64,000 bases of DNA, from IMG/VR virus record IMGVR_UViG_3300010370_000027, one strand, 5' to 3'. Shown one piece after another: positions 40,001 through 46,276 of the stretch. Position numbers and translations under genes: made by a program. Every line of letters starts with the position of its first letter. Within the stretch, counting starts at the first letter, position 1. The notes beneath the pieces are model-generated. The model made no database searches. It was not told the origin of the DNA and worked only from the letters and a program-made list of their open reading frames with translations. This stretch comes from a virus.

Positions 40001-40905
40001 TTCCAACCTCTTCTTTGATCAGCAACACCTATCTGGTATTTACCAGTTCTATGCTTAAATGCTGGGAACTCTACAGACGTCGAGAGATATGCGCTTCCCG
40101 TGGAAGAAAGATTGACAAATCCCGAACCATTGGCGTTAAGGTGAGATCCAGTTCCGGACCCAGGAGCACCTGCTCCTATTCCGGGCAATGTCAAATTTAT
40201 GCTGTGGACTAACGTATTGTTTACATACAGTCTTAACTCGCCTGCATCTGCATTTCCAAATGCCTTAGAAACGTAATTTACAACTCCTGTATTGAAAACA
40301 TTTGAAGTGACTGTATTGTTTAAGATTCCATTGATTATGGCGTCTTTTTTGTATATTCCTTTTCTTATGTTTGCACCTGATACCAGAGGTCCATAAGTGC
40401 CATTGACATCTACGGCTGTAAATCCCGCTGCTGTATTACTAGAAATGTAAGAAGGAAGATACCCGCTTCTATCATTTGAAGCGCCAAAGGAAAGATAGGC
40501 GGTAACACCTGCCGTATTCTCGCAGCTTACATTACTCAGATTAGGAGCTGGTGGTGGTGCAAGTGCAAGGAGAATCTCATTGAACCTATCTATCGGTGTG
40601 CCAATTGGTGTCGACGGGGTGAAATCCTTGAATAATCCGTCTTCATAAGTTCCATCTTCTGCAGGTCCTATTACACTCCCAGCAGCAGCAGTAGAAGAAA
40701 TTGTTATGGCTCCACCGGCACCTGCATCAGTAAGAGATATTCCTTCACCTGCAGTTAAAATACGTGCACTTGTAGGAACAATTGCACCTACAACCGGTAC
40801 AACTACAAATGGCGTATTGTTGACATGCTCATCGATTTGATCGTGAGTTGTCGTACCTATGTTGCCTAACTCTTTGTGGTCATCTATGACTCTATAGGCC
40901 GTCAT
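37084..40905 (-). CDS. Large virion structural protein built from an internal ~600-aa duplication
   Basis: Paired motifs QRRGWNYARVIH/QRNGWNYLRVVH, TNYVEWIN twice, IPGKTGWMDVA/LPGKTSYMDLA. Confidence 0.6.
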   Translation of the reverse strand: MTAYRVIDDHKELGNIGTTTHDQIDEHVNNTPFVVVPVVGAIVPTSARILTAGEGISLTDAGAGGAITISSTAAAGSVIGPAEDGTYEDGLFKDFTPSTPIGTPIDRFNEILLALAPPPAPNLSNVSCENTAGVTAYLSFGASNDRSGYLPSYISSNTAAGFTAVDVNGTYGPLVSGANIRKGIYKKDAIINGILNNTVTSNVFNTGVVNYVSKAFGNADAGELRLYVNNTLVHSINLTLPGIGAGAPGSGTGSHLNANGSGFVNLSSTGSAYLSTSVEFPAFKHRTGKYQIGVADQRRGWNYARVIHVVGSAQYQTNYVEWINDDDSTTLQASGGSLSFTGTGSTKLSGVEYYNAGNLSYAVKVYNAYKYVYDLSTITLTATNTSNAAANLSYSFPSQSRSGIDIAAGEDHTKIINVSSQSSLSADYFLNGGIEVGVNVTHPLKASIVNGGRYSVSQILLYKLTNTSTNLLETFRAENYRIKAGSYDTQSSVSDASNVWDSSVHMLSTSGYADGLQFYNQLLVSPKNTVNGGNFLGMSNGPSGNPNYSTITGTRTFYRKFQNTSGANQYDLSISLNGSSTIVQSSTSLNASRIKISVKIPGKTGWMDVALPYVFGASYGDGAGLHTSNGVLTFNPTLNATNYLNLGNLSIDSNEYIVVKIEADATWTGNVSLMSVTFGAGTGTLTPVPDLYNIDSDNLGSTAVLSFGSTKSITGYSNPDTSAGFPATGLNESYGAATSGNNLRRGIFTSVPTMEGDLNEAVVSPGRDYVDNAFSDGNIGILRLEVNGSVVHSVDLSSYSGAGSPGAGTGTSLNGNGSGFISVSTWSPGMFDNGVPRYSEIQRTGRYRVVPAEQRNGWNYLRVVHSVDAVDRVTNYVEWINEVDSTSMSSSENSLSIFGDDSFSYVSGVKYFNSPSGSIHTKISNIYRNVYSNSASAISFTSLTNASAAKIVQSGPGITSAKTTNSSAASLQILNTNTDSQNEDIEVEGTINFTLSKSLPGSRTTSYGCGGAMTFVHPFKTPITTPVQSTTKLLVWTPSNAGSNENTECYFTGESYRIIDTTYASQSVVVAGYNAWNSAVSMNDVANYPAYSTGLLIYDRFLMAPKYGGENGDFRNHKEGGSIESPAGNVDYSSLVNSNRSYLRYFRNNTTDDRPSIKVTLYGDATIVAKNGPNSGILGANKNVYVHISLPGKTSYMDLARPSAGSGNWAEDSGCLSGDLTSSVTAAGATNTCTFNGVTVDGTVSPSAQRIVVRIMAHKDWTGYLERISISWS

Positions 40906-41026
40906 CCATCAATTTCCTGTGTCCAATATACTAACTTTTCTCAAATAGTATGGCCATGAAAGAAAAAATGACACCCTGCAAAAACAGAGGTCATTTTATT
41001 GACATGAAAATACTCGACGCTAAGTA

Positions 41027-41248
41027 TCACATACCTGAAACGATTGCCTGAATTGCAACCTTAATTCTCTCTTGAAGCTCTTTTGGAAGAGAAGACAGAA
41101 GAACGTAATCTTCTGCAGTAAGAGAAGTTTGAGGTACTCCTCCGCCAATGTAGCTGTTATTGTTAGAAATAATAGCTCTGATTACAAGTGGTGCAGGTCC
41201 TTGTGTAGCAGCAAAAACCGGATTATATAAATTTGCCTTGTTATCCAT
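41027..41248 (-). CDS. Hypothetical protein
   Basis: 73-aa ORF abutting the upstream small ORF. Confidence 0.5.
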   Translation of the reverse strand: MDNKANLYNPVFAATQGPAPLVIRAIISNNNSYIGGGVPQTSLTAEDYVLLSSLPKELQERIKVAIQAIVSGM

Positions 41249-41249
41249 C

Positions 41250-41429
41250 TTATCCCTTTAGGAGGGTCTTGCCCTCATTGAGAGTCTTATTCACAGTTGC
41301 AAGCTGTGCTCTAAGATTCTCTAGCTCGGTTCTTAAAAATTCAGTGGAACCACCTTCTTGCTCTGCCTTGAGGAGTGCTGCCTCATATACACTGATCTTC
41401 TCACAAATTATCTCGCGCGTCGCTGACAT
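41250..41429 (-). CDS. Small coiled-coil protein (59 aa, absent from the ORF track)
   Basis: MSATREIICEKISVYEAALLKAEQEGG...LNEGKTLLKG*; strong AGGAGA RBS. Confidence 0.6.
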   Translation of the reverse strand: MSATREIICEKISVYEAALLKAEQEGGSTEFLRTELENLRAQLATVNKTLNEGKTLLKG

Positions 41430-41449
41430 AAAAAATCTCCTTGATGAAA

Positions 41450-42199
41450 TTATACACCAAAACCAAGCTTTTTGATGGTGCCTGTTAAGCCATCCCAGTC
41501 TTTAATGGATTGTAAAACAAATTCTCTTTGTTGCTCAATCGTTGTGTTCTGGTTGTTCACGCGTATTAAAAGCACATTACGTTTAAGTGCTTCCTCTGCT
41601 TCAATTGAATCTCTTAGTTTCGTTGCCTCGAAGTTGTGCCCTTCATGAACTTTTTCAAAGTGCCAAATTCCATCAGATTCAATCCATACTTTTTTATCTT
41701 GTGAAACAATGTCAACATCAAAGATGAAGTCTTGGGTTTTGACAACATGGTGTCTTTTGAACCCAAGATCCCTAAGAGATTCTGCGAGTTTCCTTTCAGG
41801 TTTTGATGAAGATCTTCTACCTGAAGTGAATCTGGATATTACTGACTTCAATAGTTCAGGATTGTCCTCGTACGTCCTCTTGAGAGTCTCTCCTCTTTTC
41901 GTGTTTGATTCTTCTGTGAATTCTCTTGATTTCCAGCATTTTGGAGAACAGGTTGACCTTCCCTTGTAAGAACGCTCAGGAGAAAATGAAACATCAAATA
42001 ATGTTCCACATTTGCAAATTCTAGTCTCTGTGACAATTGTCTTTTCACCAAACCTTTTCAAGTTGGACGATCGAGTTGATTCTCTCATCCTTTCGAGACC
42101 ATCAGGAGAATATTTTTCCTCCTTGTGGTTCCACCTGACATGGTTGGCTTTCTGCTGAAAATTATTGAATTCTTGATTGCAAATCTCACACACTCTCAT
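41450..42199 (-). CDS. Homing-endonuclease-like protein: C2H2 zinc finger plus Vsr/DUF559-like nuclease
   Basis: CEIC...H...H; CKCG...CSPKC; SKPE...DVDIV.....WIESDGIWHF...RD. Start moved to 42199 because the longer ORF runs into the tmRNA. Confidence 0.7.
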   Translation of the reverse strand: MRVCEICNQEFNNFQQKANHVRWNHKEEKYSPDGLERMRESTRSSNLKRFGEKTIVTETRICKCGTLFDVSFSPERSYKGRSTCSPKCWKSREFTEESNTKRGETLKRTYEDNPELLKSVISRFTSGRRSSSKPERKLAESLRDLGFKRHHVVKTQDFIFDVDIVSQDKKVWIESDGIWHFEKVHEGHNFEATKLRDSIEAEEALKRNVLLIRVNNQNTTIEQQREFVLQSIKDWDGLTGTIKKLGFGV

Positions 42200-42239
42200 A
42201 AGAGTAATTATACTCAACTTGAGTGGAGGTGACAAAAAT

Positions 42240-42619
42240 TGGTGGAGGTGGGGGGAATCGAACCCGCCGTCCGCCACACGTCTTCAAACGCCATCGTCCA
42301 CAAGCTTGGAATCCATTTATCGACAGGATCCTCGTCTAGATGGTTTCACGCTTCTTTTTTCTCGGGCCGTTGAACCATCACCTCACCCCAGCCCAGGCAC
42401 CACCCTCCTAGACGATCCACCCCTTACAATGGGGGTAACTACATTGTTCGGGACATTCTGTTTCTAGGTCGTCCCTGCCCATTACTCATGCCGCGAGGGC
42501 GAGAGCAGCGTAGCCGTTGTCGTTGGCAACTGAACGTCACTTGGGTTTTGGACCGGACCCTCGTGCACCGGTGCTTGCTGGTGTTCGCTTCTGTGCGCCG
42601 TCGAAACCTTTACACCCCC
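42240..42619 (-). ncRNA. ssrA: tmRNA (one-piece), tag peptide (A)ANDNGYAALALAA
   Basis: 5' GGGGGTG pairs with 3' CACCTCC-A-CCA with G3:U70; 5' GGTTTCGAC; T-loop TTCGATT; tag ORF at 42527..42486 ends LALAA-TGA. Confidence 0.95.
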
Positions 42620-42624
42620 AAATC

Positions 42625-42900
42625 TTACTTCTTGGGAGAAGCTTCCTCCTTCGTTTTTGGCATGCCTTTGATCACTTCCTCGTTCTGTTGCTCAAGATCC
42701 TTAATCTTCTTAGCTTGCATCTCCTCCCATGCCTGGAAAGACGATGCAACGTCTTCGTCGTGTAGCTTGCTCAAAGCCATGAGGATTCCTGTCCTGAACT
42801 TATTGAGAAGCTTCTCGTCGTCCTCGGGGAAGAGCATTTGGTTCTTTGTGAGGAGCTCAAAGGTGTGGAGAAGTTCGTGTGGATCGAAAGAAATGTTCAT
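42625..42900 (-). CDS. Hypothetical protein
   Basis: 91 aa; overlaps the upstream gene (ATGA); ends 5 nt before the tmRNA. Confidence 0.55.
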   Translation of the reverse strand: MNISFDPHELLHTFELLTKNQMLFPEDDEKLLNKFRTGILMALSKLHDEDVASSFQAWEEMQAKKIKDLEQQNEEVIKGMPKTKEEASPKK

Positions 42901-43466
42901 TCTTTCTCTCCCGTTGAGAATCCGACGACCTGACCAGACGGGAAGAATCTCTTCCAGTACTTAGAAAGTTTTACAACCTTAAAGTCGTGCCATTCCTCTC
43001 CGTCATACAGAGATACGCTCTTTTCATCGACAACTACTTTTACAACTGAGTCTACGATGACTGTTCCCTCATCTATTAGAGCATCTACCATGTCATCTTC
43101 TCCGACATATTCGAATTCGAGAGATACTGTAGATCCATCAGGAGAGACTACACTTAATGGCGAGAGATCAGCTGCATCTTTTGCAGCTACGAAGACATCA
43201 ATAGGATCTTCCTCCTCTTCCTCTTCCTCTTCCTCGCTCTCTTCATCATCATAATCATCATCATCATCATCATCAGATTCGTCGTAATCTTCTTCTGTGT
43301 CTGATGCTTCTTGACAATCTTCTTGAGAGTCTGTGATAAAATCTTGCAAGCGCTCTTGTAAAGACTGTAGATGTTCTACGTCAACAAAATCTAGATTAAC
43401 GTTAGAATTTACATACGCAAAAAGAACAGAATGTAGCATTAGAGCATCGGGCTTGTCGATTTTCAT
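42897..43466 (-). CDS. Highly acidic hypothetical protein
   Basis: Contains an almost pure D/E tract of about 30 residues; GGAGA RBS. Confidence 0.6.
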   Translation of the reverse strand: MKIDKPDALMLHSVLFAYVNSNVNLDFVDVEHLQSLQERLQDFITDSQEDCQEASDTEEDYDESDDDDDDDYDDEESEEEEEEEEEDPIDVFVAAKDAADLSPLSVVSPDGSTVSLEFEYVGEDDMVDALIDEGTVIVDSVVKVVVDEKSVSLYDGEEWHDFKVVKLSKYWKRFFPSGQVVGFSTGEKE

Positions 43467-43484
43467 TTAAAGTTCTCCAGTTAT

Positions 43485-43510
43485 AAAAAAGGGAGGCCTT
43501 TCGGCCTCCC
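43485..43510 (-). terminator. Rho-independent terminator
   Basis: GGGAGGCC-GAAA-GGCCTCCC-TTTTTT on the minus strand. Confidence 0.85.
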
Positions 43511-43528
43511 CTATGATTTCATCAATAA

Positions 43529-43795
43529 TCAGTAAGACTTGTCTGTCGCCTGATAGTGCTTCTGAAGCGTACGATAAAGAGTGCGAGCCGTTCGACCGTC
43601 GAACCGAAGAGTATTGCCTTCCGACGTATAGATCGAGAGACGAGTCGAATCATTGCGTGGATCAGTGCTGACTGTCACGTTAACACTGTCTTCATCGCGA
43701 CGGAAAGTCTCCGTGCGAAGGTTTCCCTTGCGGTCCTCGCGGGTACGAATCGATGCGTTCTTGTTCTGCGAAACGGTGTTCTTCTTGCTTGCCAT
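43529..43795 (-). CDS. Small basic hypothetical protein, probably early and monocistronic
   Basis: 88 aa, R/K-rich; AGGAGA RBS; has its own promoter and terminator. Confidence 0.6.
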   Translation of the reverse strand: MASKKNTVSQNKNASIRTREDRKGNLRTETFRRDEDSVNVTVSTDPRNDSTRLSIYTSEGNTLRFDGRTARTLYRTLQKHYQATDKSY

Positions 43796-43841
43796 AGTCT
43801 AATTTCTCCTGAAGGCATATTAGTGATGCCTCGTTGGATTA

Positions 43842-43871
43842 ATCTTAGACACACGTAGCTGTCATGTTCAA
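43842..43871 (-). promoter_or_regulatory. Sigma70-like promoter TTGAAC-18-TAAGAT
   Basis: Consensus-like boxes upstream of 43795. Confidence 0.5.
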
Positions 43872-43884
43872 GAAAAAATTTTGT

Positions 43885-44187
43885 TTACTTCTTAGACGAA
43901 GTCGCGGCTGCAAGAACCTTCTTGAGGGCTGAAACAGCCTCTTGCTGAGAGATGCCCTTTTGAGATGCAATCTTCACAACATCTTGAATGAAAGAGGCAA
44001 GTGAATCAGTCGTAGTTATCTGATCCATCGTGGAGACTAAAGCCTTGTTTTGAACAAGCTTGCCAGTAGCCTTCTCAGCAGCTGTGTTTCCCTTGATGTC
44101 TTTCCCGACATTTGCCGAGTCCTCCTCGGCAAGCGCAGAAAGTTCTTCTCTTACTAATTTGCGGAGGGTAGACTCAGTTATCTTCAT
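43885..44187 (-). CDS. Hypothetical protein with putative capsid-targeting N-terminus
   Basis: Begins MKITESTLRKLVREE; ATAATTA 6 nt upstream. Confidence 0.6.
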   Translation of the reverse strand: MKITESTLRKLVREELSALAEEDSANVGKDIKGNTAAEKATGKLVQNKALVSTMDQITTTDSLASFIQDVVKIASQKGISQQEAVSALKKVLAAATSSKK

Positions 44188-44236
44188 GAGCCTTAATTAT
44201 ATGATACACATGAAATTAAAATTCTAGGATAGAGGC

Positions 44237-44704
44237 ATGAACATATTTGTCCTCTCAGAAGATCCAGAAGAGGCTGCACGGATGCAGTGCGATAAGCACG
44301 TGGTGAAGATGATCCTCGAGTCAGGTCAAATGCTGTGCGCAGCTCACGATCCAGGCTCAGCTCCCTGGAAGCGCACTCACTACAACCATCCGTGCACGGT
44401 TTGGACTCGTGCATCCACCGAGAACTACAAATGGCTGGCTGCACACGGTCTCACGCTCTGCGATGAATACACGAAGAGGTACGGAAAGGTCCACAAGGCT
44501 GAAGAGGTATTGGTGTGGTGTGCGGAGAATATTCCGAAGAATGTTCCTATCGGTAACCTCACGCCATTTGCAGTCGCAATTAAAGACACCAAATATCACC
44601 TAGGAGACGTTGTATCTTCCTACAGAGCCTATTACCTCGGTGAAAAAAGCAGATTTGCAAAATGGAGATATTGCGATCCTCCCGAGTGGTGGATTTCAGG
44701 GTGA
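44237..44704 (+). CDS. Pyrimidine dimer DNA glycosylase / endonuclease V-like family protein
   Basis: MNIF.L..DP...A...CDKHVVKMILESGQML...H.NHPC..W.R....NY.WL...L..EY..RYGK.H. Confidence 0.7.
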   Translation: MNIFVLSEDPEEAARMQCDKHVVKMILESGQMLCAAHDPGSAPWKRTHYNHPCTVWTRASTENYKWLAAHGLTLCDEYTKRYGKVHKAEEVLVWCAENIPKNVPIGNLTPFAVAIKDTKYHLGDVVSSYRAYYLGEKSRFAKWRYCDPPEWWISG

Positions 44705-44734
44705 GACTATAAGTTCATGATCATACTTATGATC

Positions 44735-45397
44735 ATGAATGATGCTAAACGATGGCGGACGCTAATCAAGCGCCTCGCGTATCTCAGGGCGGAAGCGTCT
44801 GAGGCGGTTGAGTCATTCGAAGAATCTGTTAGTGAGATAGAGTCAAGAATAGAAGAAAAAGAAAGGTCAGTCGTCATTGATCCAGACGACATCGTAGAAG
44901 GAAGCAAGATACCAGTCAACGAAACCTCCAAGCACATGACAAAATTCACGGGCAAGAGTGAAGAGAAGTCGTCTGGTGCAACAGAGACGAAGCAGGAATC
45001 AAAGATTGAGACTCCATCGATGGACGACAGCGGTGATGAAGTGAAGCACCACTACAAGCGCCTCTGGCGGGTCGTGGCAAAGCTTACACATCCTGACGCT
45101 GTAGGAAACAACGACGAGCTAATCACACTTTACAAAGCAGCCGCATCGGCGTACGAAAAGGACAGAAGAGACGAGCTCTTAGACGTGGCGTCTGAGGTGA
45201 ACGCACAGTTAGAGAAGCCTCACCCAAAGATGTTTGAGGACCTCGACAAGAGGTGCAATCATTACGAGGCGATGTTAAGAAAGATAAGGGGTTCTGTGGC
45301 GTGGCAATGGAAGAACGCTCAAGAAGGAACGAAACAAGAGATTATCGATCTGATTAAGTCAAAGAGGGAAGAAAAGGTAAAGCAAACCACTGAATAA
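44735..45397 (+). CDS. J-domain (DnaJ-like HPD motif) protein
   Basis: KRLWRVVAKLTHPD...LYKAAASAYE flanked by coiled coils; start is 44717 or 44735. Confidence 0.65.
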   Translation: MNDAKRWRTLIKRLAYLRAEASEAVESFEESVSEIESRIEEKERSVVIDPDDIVEGSKIPVNETSKHMTKFTGKSEEKSSGATETKQESKIETPSMDDSGDEVKHHYKRLWRVVAKLTHPDAVGNNDELITLYKAAASAYEKDRRDELLDVASEVNAQLEKPHPKMFEDLDKRCNHYEAMLRKIRGSVAWQWKNAQEGTKQEIIDLIKSKREEKVKQTTE

Positions 45398-45427
45398 TTT
45401 TGTCTGTCGTGGAGATAATTAATCTTC

Positions 45428-46165
45428 ATGAATGAGAAGCTCTTAAAGAGATACGTTAGATCCATACTTCTAGAGATGTCTTACGAAGACGTCAAAACTT
45501 CTAAGGACCCGCTCGATTGGGTGGAAGCAGCTTTTCAAGATCCAGAAGAATGGAACACAAAAGATCCCTTCAGGGCAATGATAAGAGCTGCAAAAAGATT
45601 TGGTCTTGAAGAATTCGGAATGGGATCAAGCAGGTTCGTCTTCAACCTGAAAAACGGAAAAGTTCTAAAAATAGCAAGGAACAACAAAGGACTCGAGCAA
45701 AATAAGCTCGAAGCAGTAGCAGGTCGAGACCCACACGTTCACTCTATTTTGGCTTCTGTTTATGATACTTCACCAGAATATGCGTGGCTCGTGGCTGAAT
45801 TCGTAAATCCTCTCGAGGACGGAGAATATAAGGCTGCAGAACGGGTGTGCGGAGTTGTATGGTCAGAAGTAAGACGCGTCCTCGGCTTGTCGAATAAATC
45901 TGAGATTGAATCGACAGTATCGCAGATAACAAAGAAGCTTGAGCCAGAAGAATCTCGAAACAGCAAGACAAAAGGTCAAACAGGATCAGACTGTCCAACA
46001 GGCAAAGAATTTCTCGAGAGTCTCGGAAGCTTCTTGGATCGATATAGTGGAATGCTCACAGGAGACATCGAGAAGTTGTCGTCATGGGGAGTGAATGACA
46101 AAGGATGTCTCGTGTTACTAGATTACGGAATCACAAGAAAGAAGTTCGAAGAGCTTTATCGATAG
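45428..46165 (+). CDS. Protein kinase-like enzyme
   Basis: FGMGSSRFVF (Gly loop), VLKIA, QNKLE, WLVAEFV, GDIEKLSSWG (catalytic loop), VLLDYG. Confidence 0.7.
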   Translation: MNEKLLKRYVRSILLEMSYEDVKTSKDPLDWVEAAFQDPEEWNTKDPFRAMIRAAKRFGLEEFGMGSSRFVFNLKNGKVLKIARNNKGLEQNKLEAVAGRDPHVHSILASVYDTSPEYAWLVAEFVNPLEDGEYKAAERVCGVVWSEVRRVLGLSNKSEIESTVSQITKKLEPEESRNSKTKGQTGSDCPTGKEFLESLGSFLDRYSGMLTGDIEKLSSWGVNDKGCLVLLDYGITRKKFEELYR

Positions 46166-46224
46166 AATTATCCGAGTGTCAGGACCGTCGAATTAGATCG
46201 AATATTCTTCTACAGAACAAAAAC

Positions 46225-46260
46225 AAAAAGGAGGCCACCGAAAGGTGGCCTCCTTCTTTT
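46225..46260. terminator. Bidirectional rho-independent terminator between the kinase and capsid genes
   Basis: AAGGAGGCCACC-GAAA-GGTGGCCTCCTT flanked by A and T runs. Confidence 0.85.
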
Positions 46261-46276
46261 CTCCTATGAGACGTTA

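Noticed and set aside
42200-42277. N-terminal extension of the 41450..42277 ORF given in the track
   Set aside because: It overlaps the tmRNA 3' end; ATG 42199 after ATAATTA, directly before the zinc finger, is the better start.
42240-42315. Stand-alone tRNA-Ala gene
   Set aside because: There is no anticodon arm; the matching 5' acceptor strand lies about 370 nt away with a tag ORF in between, which identifies a tmRNA.
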